Source: Eledone cirrhosa (Eukaryota). From it: 64,000 nucleotides of DNA. Under the pieces are notes generated by a model that was not told the origin of the DNA, did no database searches, and worked only from the letters and a program-made list of their open reading frames with translations. Positions within the stretch are counted from its first letter, which is position 1. Each line of letters begins with the position of its first letter. The DNA is taken from assembly GCA_964016885.1 (NCBI GenBank), contig OZ024746.1, forward strand, positions 44,640,001 to 44,704,000, written 5' to 3'. Positions 14,881 through 29,734 of this stretch are shown piece by piece. Both the position numbers and the translations under genes were made by a program.

Positions 14881-16121
14881 TATATATATATAGTAATAAT
14901 AATAATAAATTCGTAAAATCCCAAGAGGGCTCAATAAGGATAAATATATATCAAATATTTATTAAAATAACAGATTAAAGTTTAAGCAAAGAATCGGTGC
15001 TTCAGAAGATCCCGTTAAGTGTGAAAGCAGCGATTCTTTGCTTAAATTTTAATCTGTTATTTTAATATATATATATATATATGTATATAAATAACAGATT
15101 AAAGTTTATAAATTTATTTCTAAGCAATGTCCTCTCAGCGAGAACGAGTCAAGGACCATGCAATGGCAATTACCTACAGGAATATTAGTATTAAGAGCTC
15201 TATTTACTATATTTTTTATGGTGAGATGAGGCGTTATTTATATTAGACGTTATTTCTATATTTCACCTGCCTGTCACCCACATTATGGATTGTGTCTCTG
15301 TTGACCACTGGCTCTCTGTCTCTGTCCTCTGAATTATTTTTGCCCATCGAAATCTTTGACAGCATTTAGTTGTTTTAATAACGGCTGTTCTAGCGAAGAC
15401 TTTTCTCATTTTATATGTATCAAATGTGTTATAGGGTGGTGCCCCAGCATGTCCTCAGTCGGATGACTGGAACACGTGAAAATGCTGAAGAGTATTCAAA
15501 TACACTCTTGCCTCGTCTCGATTAGATACAACATTGTTTTTCACATATATATATGATTAGTAAAAGAAAAACACCCACTAGCTTGTTAATATTACGCGAT
15601 TTACAGCAGCACCAACGGAATAAACTAAGAGTGTAGCAAGAAAGTTTGTTTCCCATATTAAAATAGGCACTTTAGAGAATTTAAACATATTTTTGCGATG
15701 TCAACTTTAAAGTTTATCTAAATAAATTAATTTACCTTCTTCTTCTTCTCATCATAATCAACATAAAACATCATCATCATCTTTATCAGCATTGTAATTA
15801 TCATAACAATAACGATGCCAACTAACTTAACAATTACCATTAAATTCAGGAAGCCGAAATATATTTAATTAAATATACAAATACGTATTTTTTTTATTGT
15901 TTCACAACGAACGTTACTGCATATTGTATATTTTATCGTTACACTGGCGTTAATATTTGTTGCTTTTGACACTGAAAGGCAATTACTTTGGTGATACTAT
16001 AAAGAAAGCTGCTATTCTTGAAATAGAAACATTTTCTTTACATTGAATACCTCGTTTTCATTTCTGATATAGAAATATATGAGGCTGTATTTATGAAACA
16101 AATCTATTCAGATTAATTAAT

Positions 16122-16312
16122 GGGCGGTGGATTGGCAGTATCGGTAGAGGGTCGGATGCCATGCTTTGACACATAGAGTTACGGTCCTTGCCATTCTGAG
16201 TTCAAATCCCGCCGAGGTTAACTTTGTCTTTCATCCTTACGGGGTCGGTAAAATGAAGTACCAGTAATGTACTGGGTAATTGCTGGCCTTGTGCCAATAG
16301 TAGAAACAATTA
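16122..16312 (+). mobile_element. tRNA-derived SINE
   Basis: tggcagtatcggtag (A box), gagttcaaatccc (B box), conserved tttcatccttacggggtcggtaaaat-agtaccag body. Close copy at 61545-61722. Confidence 0.8.
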
Positions 16313-17976
16313 ATTTCTGTATGCTGGATATTTATTTTCCTAATCATTTTTCACTTCATAGTCAAAACGTAGGATTTAATTAAACTCTGTTATATTGTCC
16401 AATGTATTAAATTCAGTTTTCTTCAGTGTTATTGTTTGTTTCCATTTAGATAATTGATTTCGTAGCATATTTAAATAAAGGATTTTAATTACTCTGGAAG
16501 GAAAATATGGTGGGGTAATGTTTGCAAACAACTTATTTCCTAAGAAATAAATGTTGGGCAAACTGGTTTGTTCACTGCCGCTAATCAAGAAACATTGTTT
16601 GGATCATTAAGCGTCAGATGCAATTGAACTACATCACCCTGGGATAAAGGTTTTCTATAGATAACTAGTTTCTTAGACAGATGTTAGCAATGTATGGCTA
16701 TGAATTAAATTTAGTTGAATTTTAGTAAATCCACTAATAAACGCAGTTCGGGTATGTAGTTGTAGTATCATCCGAGCGTTGAATCATTGTTTCCTTGTGG
16801 TAATGAAATCTTAATGTATTTTATTCTAGTTTTAAAATCGTTTTGGTATTGTCTGAATATCAGATTACAAGACAAAGGGATGAGGAATTGTAAGTGAATC
16901 TTCGGCGATTGTGACAATTTTGCAGGTAGTATTTGCATGCCGTCCGATATTGTGCAGTACAATAGTGTATGAAGTAATCACACGTTTTTGATGAAGAAGC
17001 AAACTTGTCACACTCCCAGAAAATCAGTACACATTCAACAAAGTTGCATTAGTCTATGCCAATGGTTGAAAAATGGACTGTTCTACGTAGGTGTGCTGTT
17101 AGTCGATAATATTCAGAAAGCCACAGCCGAATTGATAGAGTGTAAATTTAAGTCAACGCCATCGATTAGTATGATTTGATGGAAGAAATCAACAAAAGAA
17201 GCAAACGACTATAGAGTCCTGAGGTGGGCTGCAGTGACAGATAATCCTAATATCAGGTACCAATTAAATTGCTTTCGCCGCATTTCTCAGGTATAAACCT
17301 TAATCGGTCTAGAAGTACCTTTCTAATAAATCTGGCCATATTAAATTAGTAATTTATTTTGCCTTCCTTGAGAGAAATTGAGGACCAAGGCTGAGCAGTC
17401 GTAATACATAATGCAGTGAGTGTATTGTACACCATTGCCGCTATCTGCTGGTCAAATGGGATTTCTTTCATCTTTTGCCGGCTAGCAGCGGCTTTTATAT
17501 ATGATATGAATGTTGTGAATGTTTTGTATCTAGCTCCCGATTATTTCGTCTCTATGTATACGGCATACATTTGTTGTTGAATGTAATATTTAGCTGTATT
17601 TCGTATTTTCTGGTGTCGCTGATGAGAACGATATTATATTTGGCAGATCTTACTTCATGTATGTTTATTGTAGACAGATAATTTTCTAGATAATTAACAT
17701 GGGATTTGAAAATTAGAGGAATTTCATGACATCTGTGTATAGAATCGAGTACGGTTTGAAGGATAGTTGAAATTCTTATTGGTTTAATCTGAAAAAGATG
17801 AGAGATCGGATTCTAGTGGTAATTCATTTGGGAAATTGCAATTTTTGAAGTGTCGTTTTCAGCACTAAATAATCTTGATGACGTGACAGTTAAAAGCTAC
17901 TGAGGGTCTGTGTCGGCAAAAAATAATCAATATGAGAGTTTGATAGGATTTACCTGGCTCCAATTCGAGTGACACA

Positions 17977-17977
<1 letters not shown>

Positions 17978-18007
<30 letters not shown>

Positions 18008-18066
18008 CTTCTTCTTCTTCTTCTTCTTCTTCTTCTTCTTCTTCTTCTTCTTCTTCTTCTTCTTCG
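17978..18066. repeat. (CTT)n microsatellite
   Basis: Pure trinucleotide run; explains the poly-K ORF. Confidence 0.95.
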
Positions 18067-19531
18067 TTCTCTCTATGTCAGATATAATATTTAACTTTAC
18101 CATCCTCACGACAAATTAACTCATCAAACTATATTATCAAATTGTCTTATAGACTTGGCAGATAGTTTACTAACCTGCATTTTATATTTTATACTAAACA
18201 GATAAATATTCCATATTGTGAGGATAAATGGATAATGGTAAATCGTTGCCGAGTAGAATGGTGTGTGTGCATTTTTTGTTAAAGGTAATCTGTATCATCT
18301 GCATTAGGTTACTTAATTGTATGATAGTTGAATATAGAATCGGAATTAGTGTTGTGATTTTGACAAGAGAATGTGTAGACTAATGATGCTAATAAGGAAT
18401 TTCCTTTCACAGATTTGATGATATGAACTAGATAGAAATGAATCTGAGGGATATTGTTTTAGTTGCTATTTTATTGCCGTTAGAATTCTTATGATTCTGC
18501 GGATTTTGGGAATGTGGTTTTTACCTGTGCAAATATGCCTCATGCTTTCCTCTCGGTTTGTAGGACAATATAATGCCAACCTGATTATTTTTTTCTATAT
18601 TAAGTGGAAAGGTACCATTTATTATTTGTAGACTTGTCTCAGAACATGCTAATTATTATGTTCTGAGTCAACTTTCGAAATTTTAGTTTTTAAATACAGA
18701 TTTTATTATATCCAAATTTGGGACTAAAAATACACCAATAAGGTTATGTTAAATAGCATGCGCAAGCGCCTAATTTATAATTACTGAACACAGAACTTTT
18801 ATCAAGCAAGTATTCATCTACAAATATCTCTTGAAAATATGAACGATAAACTGTGTTAATAAAACTAAATATAAAATAATCTATTATACTTTTTTACTTT
18901 CTCTTCTAAATTCTGAAGAATTTTATTTCTTGATTAGTTCATTAAAACGTCACCATGACATTGATTTTAGTGATACGCTGCTTGTGATTCGATATAATAT
19001 ATAATACACACCCATTTTTTATGTTATTAATTCCTAATAGGGAAAAATAGTGTAATAAACATTCTGATTGTGCTTTAATATTCACATCATCAGTTGGTGC
19101 ATAAAATATGAAGGTTTAAATTATAGCCTGCTGTATATTGCAAAAAATACGTGAGTAAATTGAGAAATATCAGAAAAATCATATAAGAATATTACGAAAA
19201 GAAAACATTGCTTTTACGATTGAACATAAGATCATGCGCCTTGATAACTGTCAAACAAGAGGATTATTTAGATACGTAATGTATGCACACATGTGTGTGT
19301 GTGAAGAATAAGTCATATCTGTAAAATTAATAATGAGCAAATGATACTGCACCAACGTGTATACATATATACACATATGAAATTTGTAGGCAATGGAAAC
19401 ATGCCAGAAATTATGCATTTCCCTGTAAATTGAAAGAATGATAAACATTTCTAATAGACTTTCGCATCTTATTGAATACTCATCAAAAGACGTGTACATC
19501 ACCCAATCAACCACAAGGAAACATATTTGAT

Positions 19532-19581
<50 letters not shown>

Positions 19582-20176
19582 CTTTACTCTAAGTATTATT
19601 CTGAATTGGACATACTAATTTGAATAAAATTAGTGTTCGTGCTGGTAATTAATTAAGATATATAGTAAGATGTGTGGTAGCAGCCAAAGTCTATGAGAAA
19701 GTTATATCTGTATATATTCAGAGTGTGCACAAACGCGTAATTTTTACTCATGTAAAAATGTCAGAAAATAACAATTCCCCTTATGTTCCTAAGGTTAATT
19801 CACCCAATGCTGAGATCTTTGTTGCCAATCCTTGATTGGATTTTAACATTGGATTTTAACATTTCTCAAACTTATCCATAAATGGTAAGATTTGTTTACT
19901 TCCGGCTCCAGCAGCTAAAACCTTTGTATATTTATATATCCTAACTTGGACAGAAATTGTCAACTTCCATTTGGCGTAAAGGTAACGCACTTGGGCGGAA
20001 TTTAGCAGATAAAGAGTTATTTTCCTGTTGTGGATGCTGACCACATATCCTCTGTCCCTAAGGACATAGTAGTGAATCTGTGTTTGGATTTCAACATATC
20101 AAATTTCTAATAATCTAAACAGCTAAATAAATCGTAATATTTGTATACATATAAATATATAAACGTATATATATAT

Positions 20177-20413
20177 AGTGGTAGAACACTGGAAGGTAAT
20201 ATCCGTAGTGGTAGAGTACTCAGTCCATGGGACTAGTTAGGTAGAAGTGGTTATACAACAGTTAGTTCACCATACCAAGAACAATTGTTTCACCTTAGCG
20301 GATCCTCAGCTCGTAATGGGCATGGTATAAACATGCCCATTACGAGCTGAGGATCCGCTAAAGTGAAACAATTGTTCTCGGTATGGTGAGATAACTGTTG
20401 TGTAACCACTTCT
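20177..20413. mobile_element. Short fold-back of the 4447-5540 family with two hammerheads
   Basis: Palindrome centred near 20327. HHR motifs at 20276-20313(-) and 20343-20380(+). Confidence 0.8.
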
Positions 20414-20426
20414 ATATATATATATA

Positions 20427-20687
20427 CTTAGCCAAGCGTTGTTATCATCCACTACCCGGACTACCATAACTGGACTACACCTAAGTGGACTACCTATATC
20501 AATCATTTGTTACCCTGTATATATATATATATATATAACAAGCAATTGTGGTAAGGAAACAGATGGACCATAACGCACCAGAGTACTCAATGCTTAGGGT
20601 AGTAGAGTGGGAAATAGGAAAGAGTATGACCCCGACGGAAGAGCTCAAGCCGTCGAAACGGCTTGAGCTCTGCCGTCGGGGTCATAC
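20427..20687. repeat. Composite of two PLE-terminus-like repeats; inverted homolog at 38821-39087
   Basis: Both blocks recur in reverse-complement order at 38821-38972 and 38995-39087. Contains the HHR 3' half GAAA-CGGC...GCCG-TC. Confidence 0.75.
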
Positions 20688-20707
20688 GTATATATATATA
20701 TATATAT

Positions 20708-21266
20708 ATCATAAAACCTGTTTATAGAATCAATCAGATATTAAAATATATACTATTTCTTCCTCTAATCAGCATAATTAACCATATACATAATCAAATC
20801 CAGCAAGCTTTAAGAGTAAATTTTCTAACGGGGAAATCTCCGACAAACAATTGATCGCAGCTAGTTCGCGTTAACTCCGTTTCATTATTTATCAAACACT
20901 TCGACAGCATGCAGAATCCGATCAAATATATCGTCAACCGCACGTAATTAGTAGTAAAATTAAACTTAGAAGAAATGCGCAAATTACGGTATGTGCGCAT
21001 TTCTTCTAAGTTTAATTTTACTACTAATTACGTGCGGTTGACGATATATTTGATCGGATTCTGCATGCTGCCGAAGTGTTTGATAAATAATGGAACGGAG
21101 TTAACGCGAACTAGCTGCGATCAATTGTTTGTCGGAGATTTCCCCGTTAGAAAATTTACTCTTAAAGCTTGCTGGATTTGATTATGTATATGGTTAATTA
21201 TGCTGATTAGAGGAAGAAATAGTATATATTTTAATATCTGATTGATTCTATAGACAGGTTTTATGA
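20708..21266. repeat. Fold-back element, ~270 bp arms
   Basis: Near-perfect palindrome centred near 20987; the two mirror ORFs are nearly identical. Diverged relative at 59140-59380. Confidence 0.9.
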
Positions 21267-21386
21267 TATAATGCTCTGATTTTTTGATTTTAACTTATTA
21301 ATTCTTCATTGAGCTTAAAAGTGAACAGTTGCAACACATATATGTATCCTTGATTTAATTTAATTTAATTTTATGTATGTGATAAC

Positions 21387-21430
<44 letters not shown>

Positions 21431-24130
21431 CTAAGGCGGGTAAAATTCCCGAGATCCATGGACGAGTTCTCTCCAGCGGTCTCTGTCCCTCATTATCGCT
21501 GCCATATCCTGCATCTCCAACAGACCAGTGTCTGTCCTTAGGGCATCAACATATGTTAACCTTGGTCTTCCTCTTCTAGTGTGTCCATGTAGGGGCTCCC
21601 AAAGGAGAACTGAGTGCAATGTCAACTCTGGATGTCGGTGAGCATGTCCAGCCAACCTCAGTCTCCTCTGTGTCACTTTTGAGCTGACTTTTGGGATGCT
21701 CCCATACAGCTCTGAGTTTTTCATCCTCAGTGTATACTGATTAATGTTCAGAGCCATCCTCAGCATTCTCGTGTAGCACCCATCCACCATCTGAGTGAGT
21801 CTCTTGGTCAGTGTCCAAGTCTCAGACCCATACAGCAGCACAGACTCCACTACAGCAATGAAGAGGCGGATTTTCAGGTCTCTACGAAGGTCCGACTTCC
21901 ACACCGATCTCAAGCTGTGACACGCCGCCCAGGCCTTGCTCTTCCTCTCAACCACATCATCTTCCGTATTCCCAATATTTGCTCCCAAATACAGGAAGTC
22001 CTCAACCAATTCCAGCGGCTTCCCGCCTACATTAGTGATCCCCTCTGGCTTCTCAACATTCTCTACCAGATATTTTGTTTTAGTCTCATTCATTCTCAGC
22101 CCCACACTCATCGACACAGTCTCAACCTCCCGCATCAAATCCTCTGCCTCCTTCAATGTATTTGTCACCAAAACTATGTCGTCGGCAAATTCAGCATCCG
22201 ATACCTTTTTCGCCCCAACTCTCCTGCTCTGAGCCGGTGCTACAGTAAAGCCAGAGTCCTGGTGTTTCTCCAGTGCAAGGCGTATACAATAGTCCACTAC
22301 GATGATAAAAAGGTAGGGAGCCAATGTATCTCCCTGGAGCACTCCAGCCAGTATCTCAAAGAACTCTGTCATCCCATCAGGTGTAATGACTTGGGCTTTG
22401 GTGTTGGTGTAGAGCAGTGATATCAGGTCCACTATCCTCTTGGAGATTCCATAAGCCTGTAAGATCTTCATCAGGAAGTAACGGTCCACAGAATCAAAGG
22501 CCTTCCTAAAGTCAATGAAAACCATGACCGCAGGAAGGCACTTTGCTCTAGCTCCCTCTAATATCCTCCTCAGCATCAGGATGTGATTGGTGGTTGATCT
22601 ACCCTCTCTGAAGCCGTTCTGGTTGTCCCTGAGCTTCTTCTCCATCTCAGGCTGGATCCTGTTAAGAATCATCCTGTTGAGGGTCTTTGCCACAAGTGAC
22701 GTCAGTGAGATCCCCCGGTAGTTGTTGGTGTTAGAGAGATCTCCCTTCTTTGGCACTGGGATGATGTTACTGATCCTCCACTGATTCGGGGCAACTCCTT
22801 TCTCCAGTGCCGCGTTACAGAACCCCAGGATGATATCATCAAAATCACACCTCTTCATCACCTCTCATGCCACTCCATCTTCTCCATGAGCCTTGCCCTC
22901 CTTGATCTTCTTCTTGGCTCTCTGAAGCTCCTCTCTGGTGAAGGGCTCTGTCTCAACATCCAGTTCCTCAAACAGCTGCCTGATCTCCCCAGTGCTCTGG
23001 GCTGTGGAGGGTGGCTCTCCTAGTAGGGTCCTAAAATGGTCTAGCCATTTCCTCTTCCTATCCTCGGGCCCCGTTCCCTGGATCTGACTCGAACACCTTT
23101 TCTTCCTCCCTGTGATCTCGTTGATGATCATCCAGCTCTCCTTACATCCAGATCTGTCAACCGCTCTCTCCACACTTCTGATCTTCTCTATCAGTGCCTC
23201 CTCTCTGACCTCAGTGTAAGCGGTACAGAGCTCTTCCCTCATCACCTCCACAGTCTCCATCCTCTCCTCCGTAGGATCAGCATAGAATTGGTCCCTGGCA
23301 GCTTTCAGGTGTTCTCTGGCTGCACACACTTTTGGGTTTGCAGAGCTGACGTGCTTCCCTTTGTTCTTTTTCCTCGGCATCAGGGTTTCACTTGCTTTCG
23401 CCACTGCATTGGTGAAGTGCCCGTACCTCCTCGTCACACTCTCCTCAGTCCATCCAATCTCTCTCTCCTCTGACTCTCCACACAGAGCACTAAACCTGTT
23501 TCTCACTTCCACTGTGAACCTCTCCTGTAACCTATCATCTTCCTTGAAAGCTCCCCAGTCATAGATTGTTCTCCGGGGCTGAGCTTTGCTCTTTCTTAAG
23601 CTCACGCGGACCTCACTCATAACAAGCCGGTGGTCACTACCCAGTGTACTGAAATAGCTGTATGGTTCCGTGTTCAGAACACTATTCCGCCAATTTTTCC
23701 TCACCAGAATGAAATCAATCTGGGACTTGGACAGGTGCATATCTGAGATGTAGGTCCACATCTTCCCCAGATTCTTCCTAAACCATAGGTTGGTCGCCAT
23801 CAAGTTCGCCTCCAGCAGGGTGTCTCTCAGTAGTCTTCCATTTCGGTTGGTGTTGTTATGGAAGTACCGGCAAGGATCTTCACTGCCCTCCTTACTCAGA
23901 TGTGCATTGAAGTCCCCCAAAACAAGCAGGATATTGTGTGCCTGAGTGGTGTTGACAGCTCTACACACCTCCTCATGGAACTCCTCGGCATTCACATCAC
24001 TGTCCCCCTCGGTTGGATAATAGGCTGAGATGACTGTCAGTCTTGGGTTTCCATTGAAGGTCACCCTCAACACTCGCGGGGAGATAGGCATTATTTCCCT
24101 CACCAACAGATTGGCTTTTGCACTGAACAC
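21431..24130 (-). mobile_element. RTE-type LINE, 5'-truncated (AP endonuclease + reverse transcriptase) with one in-frame stop
   Basis: APE motifs LGDFNAH, SQIDFILV, GSDHRLV. RT motifs NYRGISL, QNGFR, FIDFRKAFDSV, GVLQGDTLAPYLF, FADD, LYGSETW. RTE-like C-terminus RRLRLAGH...RGRPR. TGA at 22865-22867 is in frame with both ORFs. Confidence 0.95.
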
Positions 24131-24132
24131 AA

Positions 24133-24164
<32 letters not shown>

Positions 24165-24165
24165 C

Positions 24166-24197
<32 letters not shown>

Positions 24198-24202
24198 GTA
24201 CG

Positions 24203-25015
24203 TTATTCCGGGTTGAATCGGAGGTAACCACAGTAAGTAAGGTACTCAATGCATAGCAGAGTATAAAAGTTTTAATACAGATGAGATTCTACAGGACTAG
24301 AACTGTTTCATTCTTTAGAAATCATCAGGAATCTGGGTATCAAAAAATAAAAATGGTATTTATAGGTCTCTACAAGTGGTAGGAGAGGGTAGGGAGTGGG
24401 ATGGGTGTAGGTCATTGGTTGATAGAAAAGGGAATTCATTAAAAGCTAATTCTACAAAGCTATAGTTTATTTTTTTTTATTTATGTTTTTAGAGTAACAA
24501 AGGCAGACAGAATTCTATAAACAGGTTCCGGATGGCATACCATTCCTTGTCATTAAGTTTCTCTTAAGCTAATAGATGTCTATAAAATCAGTGGGGGGTC
24601 GGTCATGGTAGATAGAATAAAAGAAAAAGGAGATTCTTTAAAAGCTAAAATCGTTAAGGTTCTACTAAGTGACAAAGGTTTAGAGAATTCTGTAGACAGA
24701 TTCAAGATACTGAGTGCATATCTTACAATTATCTTCGAACTTCTCTTAAACTAATCAACTATTGCCAAAAATCATCAGACACATTCACAAAAAAACAAAA
24801 CTCTCTGAACACTGCCCGAACTGCATGCACAAGAACTTTGCAACTTTCAAACACTTTAAGCCAGTGTTAAAGCCCGATGGCTAAAAACGACCTCCCCCTA
24901 TTGGCCCCTATACCTCCTCCCCACCCTAGCCCCACCCCTCCTCAACCTGAAATACGGCCACTATGGTTATGTTAGTACCTCTTTCCTATCTACATTTCCT
25001 GCCTGTAGAGGTGTT
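24203..25015 (-). mobile_element. PLE-type terminal repeat (family C) with hammerhead; inverted partner at 37628-38143
   Basis: 24266-24782 is the near-identical reverse complement of 37628-38143. HHR at 24284-24334(-). Confidence 0.75.
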
Positions 25016-25104
25016 TTTATGTGTCTGCGTATATGCGTATATTTATTGAGTACTTATTTATTTGCATGTGTATATATTTGTTTGTATGTGTGTATATGTA
25101 TGTG

Positions 25105-25148
<44 letters not shown>

Positions 25149-25346
25149 TGTGTGTATATGTGTTTTATGTGTGTATTTTTATGTATGTATATGTATGTAT
25201 ATATGTATATATATGTGTGTATATATATATGTATATGTATATATATATGTGTGTGTATATGTGTGTATGTATGTGTATGTATGTATGTATGTGTGTTATG
25301 TGTATGTGTGTGTATGTATGTATGTGTGTATATATATGTATATATA

Positions 25347-25479
<133 letters not shown>

Positions 25480-25488
25480 ATGTGTGTA

Positions 25489-25541
<53 letters not shown>

Positions 25542-25612
25542 AGGCAGGTGTGTATATATATGTGTATGTGAGTATATATGTGTGTATGTGTGTGTAAGTA
25601 TGTATATATGTA

Positions 25613-25689
<77 letters not shown>

Positions 25690-25690
<1 letters not shown>

Positions 25691-27185
25691 CGATATTAAA
25701 TAAATGGAAACTATATTTATAAAACCATATTTATTTCATTATATATATTTCAGGGATATCATATTAAAAATATGTTATGCCTTCTTCAGACAAAATACAA
25801 TATAAACAGTCTTATAAATAGATAGATTCGACATACCTTTCAACTTCGACTTCTATTTGAAAAGTTGATTTGGTAGTGAAAAAATATTAGGGACAGTTAT
25901 AAAAAGAAAGAAAGAAAAACGAAGAAAAAGAAGAAATGCATGCAACTGAATAGAGAGAGATAGATATAGAGAGATAGATAGAGAGAAGAAATTCATGTAA
26001 AGAAACAGAGAGAGATATATAGAGAGAGGAAAAAAACACAGAGGGAGATAGAGAGAGAGAGAGAGAAGAGAGGAGAGAGAGAGAGAGAGAAAATATAGAG
26101 AGATAGATATAGATAGAGATAGAGAGAAAGAAAATAGATAGTTGGGCACCAGTTGAATGACGTATCAATGATATATTTATTTATTTATTTATTTATTTAG
26201 CTCTAGTATTAATGTAGAGAGAGATATATGTGGTTAAGAGAGAAAACAGCCGTTACATAGAGAGAAAAGGAAAAATATCCAGACATAAACGAGGCAGATT
26301 TAAAACACTATGTTTCATCAATGTAAAAAATATCAATTCGTATAAAACAGGCATTATAATGTAAATATCAGTATTCATGAATGAGACACGTATCAATAAT
26401 GTGTGAAAAATAATGATCATATGTCTAGTTTAAAATGTCTAGGTTTATATTAGAGTTGAGCTAAAATAGAAGGTTATCGCAGATTTTATACTATATACAT
26501 CCATGTGAATTTACGTGATCAGCTCTGCAAATTCCTATTTCACACGAAAACATTCTCATTGTGCTATAAAAATTCTAGTATACATATATGTGTACATAGA
26601 CACAAATATATATCTCTCTCTACATTAATACTAGAGCTAAATAAATAAATAAATAAATAAATAAATATATCATTGATACGTCATTCAACTGGTGCCCAAC
26701 TACCTATTTTCTTTCTCTCTATCTCTATCTATATCTATCTCTCTATATTTTCTCTCTCTCTCTCTATATATCTCTCTCTGTTTCTTTACATGAATTTCTT
26801 CTCTCTATCTATCTCTCTATATCTATCTCTCTCTATTCAGTTGCATGCATTTCTTCTTTTTCTTCGTTTTTCTTTCTTTCTTTTTATAACTGTCCCTAAT
26901 ATTTTTTCACTACCAAATCAACTTTTCAAATAGAAGTCGAAGTTGAAATGTATGTCGAATCTATCTATTTATAAGACTGTTTATATTGTATTTTGTCTGA
27001 AGAAGGCATAACATATTTTTAATATGATATCCCTGAAATATATATAATGAAATAAATATGGTTTTATAAATATAGTTTCCATTTATTTAATATCGTAAAT
27101 ATACTCCAAATACTTGTTGAGTGCTTTTATATCAGTTATAAATATTTACTCGTTGTTAACCCAACAATTTAAATAAAACTTTGCA
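25690..27185. mobile_element. Fold-back element (family E) with a hammerhead in each arm
   Basis: 25690-26230 is the reverse complement of 26605-27095, with a ~375 bp spacer. HHRs at 26989-27054(+) and ~25731-25797(-). Confidence 0.85.
26989..27054 (+). ncRNA. Type I hammerhead ribozyme
   Basis: tattttgt-CTGAAGA-AGG...CATATT/AATATG...CCT-GAAA-TATATA-TA-atgaaata. Palindromic helix III, AUA triplet. Confidence 0.65.
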
Positions 27186-27231
27186 TGTATATATGTATAT
27201 ATATATTTGTATATATGTGTGTGTGTATGTG

Positions 27232-27323
<92 letters not shown>

Positions 27324-27380
27324 CGTGAGAGAGAGTGTGTATATATATTTGTGTGTGTGTGTGTGTGTATGTGTGTATGC

Positions 27381-27436
<56 letters not shown>

Positions 27437-27524
27437 GTGTGTATATATGCGTTATTTGTCTGTATATATGTGTATTTTATGTATAGGTCTGTGTATGTAT
27501 GTGTATGTTTGTATATATATGGAC

Positions 27525-27570
<46 letters not shown>

Positions 27571-27647
27571 TTATACATATGCATGTGTATGTGTGTGTGT
27601 GTGTGTATATATGTGTGTGTGTGTGTGTGTATATGTGTGTGTATATG

Positions 27648-27707
<60 letters not shown>

Positions 27708-27948
27708 TGTGTGTATATATATATATATATATATGTATGTGTATGTATATGTATATATATATGTATGTATGTATGTATATATATATATATATGTGTGTAT
27801 ATATGTGTATATGTATGTCTGTATATGTGTTTGTATGTATATGTATATATATATATATGTATATATGTGTGTGTATATGTATGTATGTGTGTGTATCTTT
27901 ATATATATATATATATGTTTATGTATATGTTTATATATATGTATATAT

Positions 27949-28031
<83 letters not shown>

Positions 28032-28216
28032 GTATATATGTATATATATATATGTATATGTATATGTATATATATATATATATGTATATATACGTGTGTG
28101 TATATGTGTGTATGTATTTGTGTATATATGTTTGTATGTGTATGTGTGTGTGTATATGTGTGTGTACATGTGTGTGTGTGTATATATATGTATATATATG
28201 TGTGTATGTGTATATG

Positions 28217-28297
<81 letters not shown>

Positions 28298-28407
28298 GTG
28301 TATATATATGTATATATGTATATGTGTGTATGTATATATATATATATATGAATATATGTATGAATGGTGTATCTCTCTCTCTCCCTCTCTATATATATAC
28401 GTATATG

Positions 28408-28473
<66 letters not shown>

Positions 28474-28603
28474 TAAATCTACCAAGAGTTTACGGTAGTG
28501 TCCAATCCGTATGAGGAACTCAATGTAATCAGGATATCATGGAAAGAAGAGATGCATTCAAAAATCACATTCGGTGAAAGATAAACGGAATACAGAGTCA
28601 AGA

Positions 28604-29019
28604 TAAAATATTAAAAAATAATGAATAAAACAATGAAACAGTTCCTTATATTAAACAAAAAAAGTTCATTATTTAACGATCGTTTCTAGGACATATATGT
28701 GTTAGAATTGGCATGCATATTCAACAGATCTATGTACAAAATTATACAAAATTATACAAACTATCAAATCTAATATACATACCAACACATACATATGCCG
28801 TCTTCAGAAATAATAATTATTTCTGAAGACGGCATATGTATGTGTTGGTATGTATATTAGATTTGATAGTTTGTATAATTTTGTATAATTTTGTACATAG
28901 ATCTGTTGAATATGCATGCCAATTCTAACACATATATGTCCTAGAAACGATCGTTAAATAATGAACTTTTTTTGTTTAATATAAGGAACTGTTTCATTGT
29001 TTTATTCATTATTTTTTTA

Positions 29020-29027
<8 letters not shown>
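28604..29027. mobile_element. Near-perfect fold-back with a long-helix-II hammerhead in each arm
   Basis: Palindrome centred near 28814-28815. HHR at 28816-28962(+) and its mirror on the minus strand. Confidence 0.85.
28816..28962 (+). ncRNA. Type I hammerhead with a 114-nt helix II domain
   Basis: attattt-CTGAAGA-[114 nt; GGCATATGT..GTGTTGG pairs with CTAACACATATATGTC]-GAAA-CGATCG-TT-aaataat. Confidence 0.7.
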
Positions 29028-29098
<71 letters not shown>

Positions 29099-29145
29099 TT
29101 GTACGTATGGTGTTTTTTTCTTTATATATGTGTATATGTGTGTGC

Positions 29146-29179
<34 letters not shown>

Positions 29180-29180
<1 letters not shown>

Positions 29181-29653
29181 CAATATTAAATAAATGGAAA
29201 ACTATATTTATAAAACCATATTTATTTCATTATATATATTTCGGGGATATCATATTAACAATATGCTATGCCTTCATCAGACAAAATACAATATAAACAG
29301 TTTTATAGATAAACAGTTTTATAGATAAATATATTCAACATACCGTAATAAACATCAACTTCATTTGAAGAGGTTTACGCTAGCGTAAACCTCTTCAAAT
29401 GAAGTTGATGTTTATTACGGTATGTCGAATATATTTATCTATAAAACTGTTTATATTGTATTTTGTCTGATGAAGGCATAGCATATTGTTAATATGATAT
29501 CCCCGAAATATATATAATGAAATAAATATGGTTTTATAAATATAGTTTTTCCATTTATTTAATATTGTAAATATACTCCAAATATTTGTCGAGTGCTTTT
29601 ATATCAGTTATAAATATTTACTAGTTGTAACCCAACAATTTTAAATATAACTT

Positions 29654-29655
<2 letters not shown>
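29180..29655. mobile_element. Fold-back (family E) with hammerhead motifs
   Basis: Palindrome centred on gtttacgc/tagcgtaaac (~29381). CTGATGA at 29467, followed by GAAA-TATATA-TA-atgaaata. Confidence 0.8.

Positions 29656-29734
<79 letters not shown>

Noticed and set aside
16350-18620. Possible very old LINE remnant on the minus strand
   Set aside because: Only vague compositional and peptide resemblance; no diagnostic RT motif could be read.
19856-20100. Short minus-strand ORF in relatively GC-rich unique DNA
   Set aside because: No recognisable motif or splice structure.
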